Origin: Sedimentisphaerales bacterium
GTDB taxonomy: Bacteria > Planctomycetota > Phycisphaerae > Sedimentisphaerales > SM23-30
Direction: 5' to 3'
DNA: 64,000 nucleotides
Assembly (NCBI GenBank): GCA_963663805.2
Contig: CAXXMR010000012.1
Span: 288,001-352,000, forward strand
A program made the position numbers and the translations under genes. Every line of letters starts with the position of its first letter. The stretch's first letter is position 1. Positions 10,131-20,855 of this stretch are shown here, one piece after another. The notes under the pieces are model-generated. The model was not told the origin of the DNA. It did no database searches and saw nothing but the letters and a program-made list of their open reading frames with translations.

Positions 10131-11831
10131 ATGGAGTCATTCATGTCAGAACACATTTTAGCCCAGGCGCCTCCCTTGGGAGGATATATCGCTATCTGGA
10201 AGCTAGCCGTCTTTTTGGCCTTATTCGTATTTTGGGCCTGTGTGGGCCAATGGGTCGATAAAGATACCTTGTTGGTTCGTACCAACCGCTCTTTCTGGAA
10301 CAATATCTATTTGGGGGCCGGAACCGTAGCGATTGCCTTATGGTTTCTGGTGCCGGCGCCGATATTCATTGTCCATTTGCTCCTGTTCGTGGTTATCTGG
10401 GCGATGGTGCTGATTGTCTATATCCTGCACCGTAACTCCAGGGTCTCGCCCGAAGAAAGGCTTCTGACTCCCGACCATATTCGTCACGTATTTGCCGGCG
10501 ATAAGAAACGCAGAGAAGCTCAGAAACGGCTCATCTTTATCTCGGCTAACAAAAACCAACTGCCCATCCCTGACCGGCAGGCGCCAGAATATGATGGTTA
10601 CGTTAATGCCGAAGATATGGTATATGAAATTGGTCAGAGACGCGTTAGTCGTTCGGACCTGCTGCCCACGGGCGATAATTATCAGCAGAGAGTTGTTATT
10701 GACGGTGTGCTGAGTATCGCCGGAGATATTTCTCGTGAGGATGCCGAAGCCGCCATCGGCTATCTCAAAGAAGTCGGCGGTATGGACCAGTCTGATAAAC
10801 GCAGGCCCCAAAAAGGTAAATTTACCGTCCGCACCGAAACCGGCCAGGAAGTTAAGTTTAATGTTCGTACCGCCGGAAGTACCCGCGGCGAACAGATGTT
10901 ACTGGAACGGGTTGAAGAATTCCGCACTATGGGCCTGGATGAACTGGGGATGTCCGAGGACCAGTTGCAGGCGATGCAGGAAGTTATTGAAATACCCGAC
11001 GGCATAGTCCTTGTCTGCGGTGAAAAAGCCAGTGGGGCTACAACCTCTTTGTACAGTGTAGTTCGTAAGCACGACGCTTTTATTCAGAACGTCCATTCCA
11101 TCGAAAGTGATATTCTGGTCGAGCTCGACAATATTACCCAGAACATCGTCGATGAGAACCTCAATGACCATGATGCTTCGATTCGTCTCCAGAGTGTTCT
11201 TCGTGTCGATCCCGATGTTATAATGGTTGGTTTTTGTACCGGTTCCGAGATGGCTCTGATGGCCCAGAAGGCCGCCCGGCAGGGCAAGAAACTGTATGTC
11301 ACCTTTAATTCGCCCGGCACCTTCGAGGCACTGGAGATGTGGCTGAAATGGGTCGGCGACCCCGTCAAGGCCAGCCAGACGCTCCGGGCAGTGACCTGCC
11401 AGAGACTGATTCGAAAACTTTGTCCTGACTGCCGAGAAGCATACGCTCCCAATGCCGACCTGTTGCGTAAGCTGAATCTGCCCGCTGATAAAATCAAACA
11501 ATTCTATCGTCCGCCGACCCAGATTGAAACCGATAAGCATGGCAACCCGATTCTCTGTGAAACTTGTCAGGGAACCGGCTATTATGGCCGGACGGCGGTT
11601 TTTGAAACTCTCTTTATCAATGACGCGATGGCAAAGTTGATTGCGGAAAAAGCACCTATCAATACTCTCAGGGCTCAAAGCCGAAAAAATAAAATGTTAT
11701 ATCTGCAGGAACAGGCGATTCGCCGCGTGATTGACGCCACGACCAGTATCCAGGAAGTGTCACGTGTCACCGCCGAAAAACCCGCTCGTAAAGCAAAACC
11801 AAAATCAGCACCCCCAAAAGAAAAAAGCTGA
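10131..11831 (+). CDS. Membrane-anchored GspE/PilB-like protein with degenerate ATPase motifs
   Basis: About 3 N-terminal TM helices; RRPQKG, QRLIRKLCPDC, CETCQGTGYYGRTAVFE; Walker A reads GEKASGATT and Walker B reads DVIMVGFC. Confidence 0.85.
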   Translation: MESFMSEHILAQAPPLGGYIAIWKLAVFLALFVFWACVGQWVDKDTLLVRTNRSFWNNIYLGAGTVAIALWFLVPAPIFIVHLLLFVVIWAMVLIVYILHRNSRVSPEERLLTPDHIRHVFAGDKKRREAQKRLIFISANKNQLPIPDRQAPEYDGYVNAEDMVYEIGQRRVSRSDLLPTGDNYQQRVVIDGVLSIAGDISREDAEAAIGYLKEVGGMDQSDKRRPQKGKFTVRTETGQEVKFNVRTAGSTRGEQMLLERVEEFRTMGLDELGMSEDQLQAMQEVIEIPDGIVLVCGEKASGATTSLYSVVRKHDAFIQNVHSIESDILVELDNITQNIVDENLNDHDASIRLQSVLRVDPDVIMVGFCTGSEMALMAQKAARQGKKLYVTFNSPGTFEALEMWLKWVGDPVKASQTLRAVTCQRLIRKLCPDCREAYAPNADLLRKLNLPADKIKQFYRPPTQIETDKHGNPILCETCQGTGYYGRTAVFETLFINDAMAKLIAEKAPINTLRAQSRKNKMLYLQEQAIRRVIDATTSIQEVSRVTAEKPARKAKPKSAPPKEKS

Positions 11832-11885
11832 CACCCCTAACAGTGATTTTAACTGAACTACAGCACTCGCACAGGAGGTAAGGCC

Positions 11886-13649
11886 ATGGTGGCCATTTTA
11901 ATAACTTGCGTACTCGTTATCGCCCTGACCGCTTACCAAATGTTTATTCAGGGACTTTTCAGTGCCGTCATTATGGCTGTGCTTTCGCTGGTTTCCGCGG
12001 CGCTGGCCCTGAACTATTTCGAGCCGATGGCCCAGTGGCTCAACGGGTTTGGGATAGCTGCTTTTGGTACTCAGGGCGGCAGCCTAATGCTGATTTTTGC
12101 CTTCACTCTGGTAATCTTCCGTGAAGCGACAGACCGGCTCATCAAAGGTAATATGCGGTTCCCGGTTTATATCGACCGGCCCGCCTCGGCCTTCTTCGGG
12201 CTTATTACCAGCCTGACGGTAGTCGGGATTTTTACGCTCGGTTTCCAGATGCTGCCTATTAGTGAGAATATTATCGGTTTCAACCGTTTTCCCGACCTGA
12301 ACAATCTTGAGGAACGCAAGAGTCTGTTTCCCGGACCGGATAGTTTTGTCGCGGGAGTATTCACTCAGTTCAGCAATTATTCTTTTCATGGTTCCAATAG
12401 TTTTGATTCATCTCATCCTGATTTGACCGCCGAGCTTTATTTCGACCGACTGACCATCGACCCGGCCAGTCGTCAGGAAGCTGCCCAGGACGCTATAACG
12501 CTCCAGAAAGCCTGGATTCTCACCGAGCAGGTTACTGACATCGGCACCGGTCAGGCTGTGACGGCTTCCGGTACGTTGCTGGCGGTCAGAATCAATATCA
12601 AGAAAGGGGCTGTTGACAGCAGCGAAAATCGCGGCGCCGCTGACCCCGACGGAGTGATTCGTTTTGCTCTGGGGAATATTCGGCTGGTCGGTTATGAACA
12701 CGACGGCCCCGGAGTTACTGTTCATCCACTGGGTATTCTCAGGCCCGGGGCCCGCAGTGTGGACCTCATGCCGCTCAATGAGGGCAAAACGCTAAGGGCC
12801 AGCAGTAACGCTGCTCATGTCGATTTGCTTTTTAACTGGCCCCAAGATATTAATCAACTGCCCCCGATTTTTGTGCAGTTCAAACGGTTCGCTCGCGACA
12901 CATTGCCCGACAAAAAAACACTTATCGAATCGGCTCAGTCGGCAGGTTCTATCGATTTGGAAAAAACCTCTTTCCAGGGCGACCTTGTGGAACCGGCCGA
13001 GGCGGCGCGGGCGGTTTATAAATGTGAAAAAATGGCCTATATCGAAAATCCCGCTGCTGCCCCCCATCGACTGGGGATTCCTTCCGACCAGGCCATGTAT
13101 GCCGGCAAGGACAGTGAAAATGCTATAGTGGTCCTTCCGCCGGATACTCTCGGTACAGCCATTCGCCGGATACATTTGGCGATTCCGGTGCCCAAGTCCA
13201 GTGAGGAAGCGCAAAGCTATACTCCTCTGGATGTACCCAACGGCTTTGGTTTGGTGACGCTGGAAATTTCATCACAGTCTCGTTCTGGTGCTGATAATCT
13301 CGTCCCGCCCACCCTGGTAGATTTGCTCGGACGTGAATTCCTGCCCGTTGGTGTTGTCGCCTCGGTGTCGGCCAGTACGCAGCTTATCGAATATGCTTAT
13401 TGTGCTTACAGTGATGCAAAGAGTAACGACCTTCTTACTCCCGACCGGCCTATTCGTCGGGCGTTCCCCTCTTCTCTGGCATCGATGGGAAATAGGGGAC
13501 GTCTCAACAAGGCCACCTATTTATATCTGGTGCCGCGGACCGGCGGGCCGGTGGGTTTGATTGGCTGCCGCGGACGTGACCAGGCTTCCGGCCCCGGTTA
13601 TTTCTGGGAGTTTAGCGAAATCGAAGCCGTAGTGGTCCCCGGTTTGTAA
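11886..13649 (+). CDS. CvpA-like membrane domain fused to a large extracytoplasmic domain
   Basis: N-terminal 4-5 hydrophobic helices (QGLFSAVI, ALNYFEP, IDRPASAFFG) resembling CvpA; RBS GGAGG upstream. Confidence 0.65.
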   Translation: MVAILITCVLVIALTAYQMFIQGLFSAVIMAVLSLVSAALALNYFEPMAQWLNGFGIAAFGTQGGSLMLIFAFTLVIFREATDRLIKGNMRFPVYIDRPASAFFGLITSLTVVGIFTLGFQMLPISENIIGFNRFPDLNNLEERKSLFPGPDSFVAGVFTQFSNYSFHGSNSFDSSHPDLTAELYFDRLTIDPASRQEAAQDAITLQKAWILTEQVTDIGTGQAVTASGTLLAVRINIKKGAVDSSENRGAADPDGVIRFALGNIRLVGYEHDGPGVTVHPLGILRPGARSVDLMPLNEGKTLRASSNAAHVDLLFNWPQDINQLPPIFVQFKRFARDTLPDKKTLIESAQSAGSIDLEKTSFQGDLVEPAEAARAVYKCEKMAYIENPAAAPHRLGIPSDQAMYAGKDSENAIVVLPPDTLGTAIRRIHLAIPVPKSSEEAQSYTPLDVPNGFGLVTLEISSQSRSGADNLVPPTLVDLLGREFLPVGVVASVSASTQLIEYAYCAYSDAKSNDLLTPDRPIRRAFPSSLASMGNRGRLNKATYLYLVPRTGGPVGLIGCRGRDQASGPGYFWEFSEIEAVVVPGL

Positions 13650-13714
13650 AAAAGGATTCCGGTCTATACCGGTACGATTTTGCAGTTAAATAATCGCGAG
13701 GAAACCTAAAGAAT

Positions 13715-15883
13715 ATGTTCCAGCGCCGCCTGAAAGTCTTTCTGGCATTCCTTTTCGCGGCCCTGGTTGTTCTGGCCCTGCGAGTCATCTGGCTCCAGAT
13801 TATCCGCGCGGATGATTTCCTTGCCGAAGCCGCCCGCGTTCTGGAGCGTTCACCTCAGTGGATTGAGACCATGCGTGGCAGTATCTATGACCGCCGCGAC
13901 CGTGTGCTCGCCGAGGACCGGGCGGGGTTCGATTTGTGTCTGCACTATAAACTTACTCGAATCTACGACGACAGATTCTGGCATACCTTGAAACTTCGTT
14001 ATGCCGATGATGCCCCCGATGCCGTGGTAACTGCCTCCCGCGCCCGTCGTCTGTTCAAAAACAGTTTTAATATCAGCGCCGACCATATCAATAATCTTCT
14101 CGACGGGTTGGAAGACTCCGACCCCGTTCCCGTGGAGATGATACGTCAGGTCGCCCGTGCCAAGGCCGATAAACTTATTGATGACCTGGCAGAAATTTGT
14201 CAGTTAAGTCCCGCTGATTTTGTCGAGCCGATTACCAGAATTAACAATGAAATCTACAATCTGCAAGTCGCCGTGGCCCGTCGCTGTGTGTATCGCAATC
14301 TGGAACAGCCGACCCCGGTCGCGCCGGGCAATCAAGCCATTCTGGACGATCTAGTAAGACTGCTGCCCGATGAAAAAAAGAGACTCCTGGAAATCGACGA
14401 AACGCGGGTATACGAAATGACCGAACCCCAACTGGCGTTGCAGTCGCTACCGGAGGACATTGCCCTTACCATTGAAGAACGTTTCGTTGGTCGTTTCTTC
14501 GATGCCAATCGTCGCGAACGCCCCATCCTGATTCGCACCGGCAAACATCGTAATTACCCCTGGCAAGATAAAGCCTGTCATCTTGTCGGCACCATGCGGC
14601 CGGCAACGGATATTCAGGATAAAAGCCAGAACTCACCGCCCGTGGACGACGAACTTTTCGCTTATCAAATCGGCGACCGCCAGGGTGACTGGGGCAGCGA
14701 ATATATGTTTGAGGATGTCCTGCGCGGCCGCCGTGGCTGGGTACTCAAAGACATAGAAGACAACGATATTATCCGCAAAGACCCGGTTCTGGGCCGCGAT
14801 GTCAAATTAACTATTGATATTGAGCTGCAAAGTAGAATCCAGACGCTTTTTCAAGGGCGGAACAGTCTTGCCCAGAGCTTCACCGGTGCCGCGGTACTCA
14901 TAGATGTGCCCACCGGTCAGATTTTAGCGATGGTGTCCGTGCCGACCTTCGACCTGAATACATATTACAATCTGCCGCAATATGAACTGATTAACGAAAT
15001 CAAAACGCCCGACCCCCTGCGTCGCCGCCGCAACCGTGCCATTGGTGTCAATTATCAGCCCGGCTCGACCATCAAACCCACTCAACTGTTAGGTATTCTT
15101 CAGCAGGGCCTGATAAACGCTCATACAACTTTCGATTGCTCTTATGCCAATAAAGACTGGTCCGGCCCACCCTCAGATATAAAAAATCACGGCCCTATCG
15201 CCTCCGAAGATGCGGTAATGCGAAGCTGTAACTTCTACTTTATTACGGTTGGCCAGACCATGGGTTCGCTGCGACTTACCGACTGGCTCGACCTGGCGGG
15301 TTTTGGCCGAACAATTTTGTTCTGGGACGATTCCCACGCCGAAAAAGCCGCTTTTGCCTTTCGGGAAACCGCCGGTCACGTCAGACCCATTGGCAAGGAC
15401 CACCTTTCAATTTTTAATTTACGTTTTGTCAGTATTGGTCGTGGTTGTCTGGACGGTTCTGTACTGCAAATCGCCAACGCCGTGAGTACTATCGCCCGTG
15501 ACGGAGTTTATATTAGTCCCTATATAATTCTTGAGCCAGCCGCACAACCTCAACCCCAGCGTATCGCCTCAGTTTCAAATGCTCATGATGTGCAAAAAGC
15601 CATGCGTGCGGTAATCTATAAATCGAGCGGTACTGGCTTTAAGGCTTTTCAACCCTTGCCCTGGCAGGAAGATACCGTTAAGCTGTATGGTAAGACCGGC
15701 TCAACTGACTATTCGGTTTTTGCCTGTTTTGCTCAGGCCGCCAAGGACCAGCGAGCTTTAGCTTTGGCAGTGCTTGCTGAAACAGAGGTGCATGGCTCAG
15801 ATGTCGCCGCGCCGCTGGCACGTGAGATACTCATAACAGCCGCAAAGCTGGGGTATCTGCCTGAGCCGATGTTCGATGATTGA
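13715..15883 (+). CDS. Class B penicillin-binding protein (PBP2/FtsI-like transpeptidase)
   Basis: N-terminal TM helix, RGSIYDR, LTIDIELQ; catalytic motifs STIK (SxxK), SCN (SxN) and KTG. Confidence 0.9.
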   Translation: MFQRRLKVFLAFLFAALVVLALRVIWLQIIRADDFLAEAARVLERSPQWIETMRGSIYDRRDRVLAEDRAGFDLCLHYKLTRIYDDRFWHTLKLRYADDAPDAVVTASRARRLFKNSFNISADHINNLLDGLEDSDPVPVEMIRQVARAKADKLIDDLAEICQLSPADFVEPITRINNEIYNLQVAVARRCVYRNLEQPTPVAPGNQAILDDLVRLLPDEKKRLLEIDETRVYEMTEPQLALQSLPEDIALTIEERFVGRFFDANRRERPILIRTGKHRNYPWQDKACHLVGTMRPATDIQDKSQNSPPVDDELFAYQIGDRQGDWGSEYMFEDVLRGRRGWVLKDIEDNDIIRKDPVLGRDVKLTIDIELQSRIQTLFQGRNSLAQSFTGAAVLIDVPTGQILAMVSVPTFDLNTYYNLPQYELINEIKTPDPLRRRRNRAIGVNYQPGSTIKPTQLLGILQQGLINAHTTFDCSYANKDWSGPPSDIKNHGPIASEDAVMRSCNFYFITVGQTMGSLRLTDWLDLAGFGRTILFWDDSHAEKAAFAFRETAGHVRPIGKDHLSIFNLRFVSIGRGCLDGSVLQIANAVSTIARDGVYISPYIILEPAAQPQPQRIASVSNAHDVQKAMRAVIYKSSGTGFKAFQPLPWQEDTVKLYGKTGSTDYSVFACFAQAAKDQRALALAVLAETEVHGSDVAAPLAREILITAAKLGYLPEPMFDD

Positions 15884-16007
15884 AACGATAATAACGTCCG
15901 AATAATTAAAGGTACGCACACCTGCGTCCGATAAGTATCAAGATGATGTGTGCTGTTGCAACTAAAAATATTGGGTAGTACTTCAGCAGAGTTTACCGAG
16001 GTGAATA

Positions 16008-17339
16008 ATGATAAGTAACAGGTTTAAGGTGGTATTTGCAGCCCTGATAACCCTTGCTACCTGGAGCTTGGGGTGGGCCCAGAACGTTCAGGTTCAGACG
16101 ACCGTGGTTATGCGAGTACCCGCCATGGATGTCAACTATCAGCTCGCCGGTGATGAAACTCAGATCGAATCTGTACAACTCTGGTACGCCCAGGGGTATG
16201 ACGGCCCCTGGCAGCTTTTCGACTATGACCAGGACCATACCAGTCCCGTAAAATTCAACGCTCCCGGCGAAGGACTATATCGTTTGCTGGTGGTTGCTGT
16301 AGACCGCTGGGGGCGCAGTTCGTATCAAAGTCCGTCCAACAGTCCTGTTATTCCGGGCCAGATTCCCACTGATGTGCCGGCCCATCAGATAGTTTTTATC
16401 GACTGCACTGCCCCAGAGCTGTATCTGACCAGTCCCCGCGTGGAGTTTAGCGAGTATCGTCAGGATAATCTGCTCATTAGTTGGGCCGGTTTTGACGCTA
16501 ATCTCGATGCTCAGCCCGTTCGTCTTTACTATCAGCAGCCCGGCCTGACAACCTGGATTCCCCTCGATCAGAAACAGCCCGCCGGAGGGCAAGTTAACTG
16601 GACTATTCCCGCGGAGATCGCCGGAAAACTAAAGATAAAGGTCGAAATTACAGACCAGGCCGGCAATGTAACAACTCAGGAATCAGCCTTGGTAAACGTA
16701 ACCCGACCCGCGAAGCCGCTTCAGCCAATTAATATTCAGTCCGACACCGCTTCAGTTTCTCAACCATCTCCGCAAGCGACCAGCACTAGGATGCAAAAAC
16801 CCGAACCGGAAACCATCCCCGCCGCCGCGGTCTATAATGCTCCTGACACCAATGTTCTGCCCGCCCCCGTTGGGCCCTCATCCCAGGCCCTGCTGGCTTT
16901 TGCCCGCGCCGGGCTCCATCTTCAGCGGCACGAATGGGCTCAGGCAGCCCTGGCTTACCGTGAAGCTCTGGATTACGAACCTAAATATATTGAGGCTCGC
17001 ATCAATCTGGCCGGCGCTCTTTATGAAATGCAGGATTACGAACAGGCCCGGCGACAGTTCAAGCTCGCCCTCGAACAAGACCCCACCCGCTCCAGCGCTC
17101 TTTTCAATCTGGCCCGGACCGAACTGGATTTGCAGCTTTATGCTGATGCCCAGAACACTCTTACAACCCTCTTGAACCTGGACCGCCGTGACTGGCAGGG
17201 ATGGCTGCTCCATGGTTTAGCCTCGGTCAATCTGGGGCAGCTCGATACCGCCCTGAGTAGTTGGCGGATTGCCGCCCGCGGAGACCTGCCCGAAGTTGCC
17301 GAGCAAGCTCGGCAGTATATCGACCAATATCAGCCTTGA
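16008..17339 (+). CDS. Secreted protein: N-terminal beta-sandwich domains, Pro/Thr linker, C-terminal TPRs
   Basis: Signal peptide; TPR-like repeats (EARINLAGALY, ALFNLARTEL). Confidence 0.75.
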   Translation: MISNRFKVVFAALITLATWSLGWAQNVQVQTTVVMRVPAMDVNYQLAGDETQIESVQLWYAQGYDGPWQLFDYDQDHTSPVKFNAPGEGLYRLLVVAVDRWGRSSYQSPSNSPVIPGQIPTDVPAHQIVFIDCTAPELYLTSPRVEFSEYRQDNLLISWAGFDANLDAQPVRLYYQQPGLTTWIPLDQKQPAGGQVNWTIPAEIAGKLKIKVEITDQAGNVTTQESALVNVTRPAKPLQPINIQSDTASVSQPSPQATSTRMQKPEPETIPAAAVYNAPDTNVLPAPVGPSSQALLAFARAGLHLQRHEWAQAALAYREALDYEPKYIEARINLAGALYEMQDYEQARRQFKLALEQDPTRSSALFNLARTELDLQLYADAQNTLTTLLNLDRRDWQGWLLHGLASVNLGQLDTALSSWRIAARGDLPEVAEQARQYIDQYQP

Positions 17340-17445
17340 TTTAACGGTGCGTTGATTTATAATCAAGACCTAAGTCGTTTGAGGTAAGGATATTGGACGA
17401 ATATCGCTGCTCAGGGACGCTATTATTTCGGCAGGAACTGCACCT

Positions 17446-18468
17446 ATGCCCAGAAAAGCTCAAAGTAAATCTTCTGGCCCGCTCCAGCAACCCATAAGCC
17501 CCGTTTATGTCATTAGCGGTAAGGAACGCCGTCGTGCGGTTGACGAGCTGGGTAAGATTGTCGATTTTCTCCTGGAAGATTCTGACCCCCAGGTTTGTCT
17601 CAGTCAATATGACGGCCCGGACGCGAAACTCGCTGATGTGCTTGACGATTTGCGTACCCTGCCCTTTTTAGCGGAACGGCGGGTGATAGTCGTCAAGGAT
17701 GCCGACAAATTCATAACCAATTATCGCGAATACCTCGAAAACTACCTTAATGCCCCTTCAGCGACCGGTGTTCTGGTTATGCTCGCCGATAGTTTCCCCA
17801 AGACCACCCGGCTGGCCAAGCTGGTAGCCAAAATCGGCCAGCACATTCCCTGCGACCCCGTTAAAGCCAACCAGTTACCCGAATTTATCGCTGATTATGC
17901 CCGCTCCCAATACAATCTCGCCCTTAATGTCAACGCCGCCAGACTATTGGTAGAGCTCGTGGGCGACGATTCCGGTATGCTGGAAAGTGAAATTGATAAA
18001 GTCGCCACTTACCTGGCCGGTTCTACCGAAAAAAACATTTCCGCAGAGCTCATCCAAAACCTTATCGGCGACAATCGCCAGTTTAACGCCTTTAATGTCA
18101 TTGACGCTATGACCGAGGGCAATACCGCCCTGGCCCTGACCCGTTTTAATCAGATGATTCAACGCAGCAAAGACGCCCAGTTTACCGCCGTTGGTGCTTT
18201 CGCCTGGCATTTCCGTCGTCTGTATAATGCCCGCCTGCTCCTGGATGAGCGGGTCTCCGAGCGGGATATTATCTCACGGGTAAAGCTTTGGGGCAATGTC
18301 CGGCAGTTTATGACCCAGGTACACCGCCTCAATATTCGGCAAATAGCCGCGGTTATTCGTGAGCTTACGAAAATCGACCTTGATTCCAAGACCGGCCGGG
18401 GCACTGTCGCTTCGGGGCTGGAAAAACTCATTGTTAAGTTCGGTCGGACTGCTCGACAGACCGGCTGA
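17446..18468 (+). CDS. holA: DNA polymerase III delta subunit
   Basis: PVYVISGKE, DDLRTLPFLAERRVIVVKDAD and ESEIDKV motifs; 340 aa. Confidence 0.9.
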   Translation: MPRKAQSKSSGPLQQPISPVYVISGKERRRAVDELGKIVDFLLEDSDPQVCLSQYDGPDAKLADVLDDLRTLPFLAERRVIVVKDADKFITNYREYLENYLNAPSATGVLVMLADSFPKTTRLAKLVAKIGQHIPCDPVKANQLPEFIADYARSQYNLALNVNAARLLVELVGDDSGMLESEIDKVATYLAGSTEKNISAELIQNLIGDNRQFNAFNVIDAMTEGNTALALTRFNQMIQRSKDAQFTAVGAFAWHFRRLYNARLLLDERVSERDIISRVKLWGNVRQFMTQVHRLNIRQIAAVIRELTKIDLDSKTGRGTVASGLEKLIVKFGRTARQTG

Positions 18469-18512
18469 AGATATACCGTAAATAAATTTAATGCAGCAGG
18501 GAGGCTGACCTG

Positions 18513-19931
18513 ATGATTATCGCTTATCAGAAAATTTTGAGCATGTTCCGTCAAAATGTTTTGAGAAACATCGTGGTATTATTGAGTGCCGCGACAATTG
18601 TTATCGCGACCGGTTGTCATTCTCCGGTCTATACGCCCGCCCCGCGCGAATCAGTCGCGGCCCAGCCCGCAACCCGCAGCGATACCAGCCCGTCGCAAAA
18701 CAATCCTCCCGCCCACAGCTATCCAGAGGCCGCCACCACACAGAAATACCCCCAGCTAGCGGTCCAGACACCTGATTTCCCCATGCGTCAGGAAGGAAAC
18801 GCAACCCCGCAAAACTGGCAGAATTACAACCAGTATCCAACTCAGCAAATGCCGCAACCTGCTTCTGCGCCTAGAGTTACCAATGTATTCCCTCAGAATG
18901 CCCCACAGAACTACCCCTATGGACAAACTCCCTCCTACCTGCGGCAATCTGCACTGCCGCCTCGACCGGTGGTACATTCTGTGACCGTTTCGCAGTCAGC
19001 TGCCCAACCCTGGCAGTCGGGCCAGACCTTGATGGTGGCCGCGCCGAAACAGACCTATGACCCAGCCGTACCAGCCGTTCAGGCCCAGACGCTGCCGGCG
19101 ACATCAGCCATCGAAGCCAACCCAAAGGACACTCAGGCTCTGAATGTCTCAGCGACTTCAGTCAATAAGCCCGCCTCGGAAATCAAGACCCAATCTGAAC
19201 CGCAAGTGGATACCCGTACCAATGTTGAACGTACGTTGGATGACCTGAAAAAATTAATCAGCAAACAGCCGGATGATATTGTCGCCCAGCTCGCCTTGCG
19301 TTGTCTCTACAGTGCCTATGGCCAGAACGAAAAAGCCCTCGCCGAACTTGATGATATTGACACTCAGGACCAGAACGCCGCCCTGTCTCTGGCAGAAGCC
19401 ATGGTCCTGGCAGCCCAGGCCGCCGACCCTCACAATGCTGACAATACTGATATTGCTAACCAGGCCCTGGCTTCTATCGAGCAGTTACGCGAAAAACTAG
19501 CCGAAAAAGCTGAGCCGGTCATCACTACCTTCAAAGTTTGCAGTCGGGTCGATGGTTTTGGCCGGTACGATGAAGTGCCCGTTTCTCAGCTTGCAACCGG
19601 AAGCCCTCAGAGGGTACTGGTATATTGTGAATTGAAAAACTTCAAGCATAAACGCAACGCCGAAGGTAAATACCTCACTCAACTTGCCGCTCAGGTATTC
19701 CTCTATGACAGTCAGTATCGCCCCGTTGTCCAGTTCATGGATGATGTCACCGATTTACCCTCGTATAATCCCCGTAGTGATTTCTTTATGAGAGGCGCTC
19801 TTGACATACCGTCTCTTTCGCCGGGCAAATATCAGCTGGTAGTGACCATGGAAGACAAGGTCTCTCAACCATCAAGGTGGGCCCAACCCGCCCGGATTGA
19901 CTTTGAAGTCAAATCATCACCAGCCAAATAA
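18513..19931 (+). CDS. Hypothetical lipoprotein with Pro/Gln-rich N-region
   Basis: Lipobox-like IATGC; low-complexity region, then a folded C-terminal domain (CSRVDGFGRY). Confidence 0.7.
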   Translation: MIIAYQKILSMFRQNVLRNIVVLLSAATIVIATGCHSPVYTPAPRESVAAQPATRSDTSPSQNNPPAHSYPEAATTQKYPQLAVQTPDFPMRQEGNATPQNWQNYNQYPTQQMPQPASAPRVTNVFPQNAPQNYPYGQTPSYLRQSALPPRPVVHSVTVSQSAAQPWQSGQTLMVAAPKQTYDPAVPAVQAQTLPATSAIEANPKDTQALNVSATSVNKPASEIKTQSEPQVDTRTNVERTLDDLKKLISKQPDDIVAQLALRCLYSAYGQNEKALAELDDIDTQDQNAALSLAEAMVLAAQAADPHNADNTDIANQALASIEQLREKLAEKAEPVITTFKVCSRVDGFGRYDEVPVSQLATGSPQRVLVYCELKNFKHKRNAEGKYLTQLAAQVFLYDSQYRPVVQFMDDVTDLPSYNPRSDFFMRGALDIPSLSPGKYQLVVTMEDKVSQPSRWAQPARIDFEVKSSPAK

Positions 19932-20089
19932 TAACATTCTCTTGTCACGGCTAACAAATACACTGTTAGTTGCCCCAGAAAATTTTGTCGCACGCGTACT
20001 GAATTTTTAATCAGATGCGCATAAAAAAAAGGCCAAAGCGAAAATCAATCCGCTTCAGCCTTTGCTCTATATAACAATCTAAGTCAAAC

Positions 20090-20855
20090 TTAGAAGCTGG
20101 CAGCCAGACTTACGCCGGCCCACAGTTCGCCATCATCACCATTGTTCATGGCTTCATCCATGGTAATCTGATAGTTGATCGAAGGACTGAGGCTGATGTT
20201 TTCGGCGATTTCAAAAGTGGTCGAAGCGCCAAAGATCGCGACGTTCCATTCATAGTCCAGGTCACCGGTGACACTGCCGTTATAAGCGGTAGCGGCGCTG
20301 AGCGAAATAACCTGGTCGGTTACCGGGCAAACAACATCATAGCCCAGGCTCACAATATGAACCCAGCCGTTGACGTCATTATCTTCGCTGCTCTGGGCGT
20401 CCCACAGCTTGCCGGCATAGTAGCTCGGCACTAGACCGAACTCAAAAACATTAGGCAGGGTAATCGAAGCACCCAGCTCCATCGCGTCAGCGACACTGCC
20501 AGTCTTCGGATAGTCATAGTAGATATAGCCCACGCAGACATCTGTCTGGAACGCTTCATCCTGCATCAGGGAAACATTGTAATTCAGGACATAGTCCAGT
20601 TCCCATGCCATTCTCATTGCCGCTGCCGAAAGGCATCGAACCCCAAATCTTGCCGCCGAAGCTGCCCATGTCGGTCTCGACGAAAGTATAGCTGACGCTG
20701 GGCTGATAAGCACCATGGTCATCATACACATCATAGCCGTACCACATGTACTTGCTGACGAAGTCGATGCTGGCATCTACGCCAACCTGAGCCTGTACCG
20801 CACTGCCGGCAACCATTACCAGCAACGCAACCAAAATAATAATCCTTTTTGCCAT
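20090..20855 (-). CDS. Small outer-membrane beta-barrel (TorF/Gcw_chp-like), frameshifted at about 20603
   Basis: Signal peptide MAKRIIILVALL, SKYMWYGY, ELDY, GYIYYDYP, C-terminal Phe; the two ORFs join if one C of CCC at 20602-20604 is removed. Confidence 0.75.
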
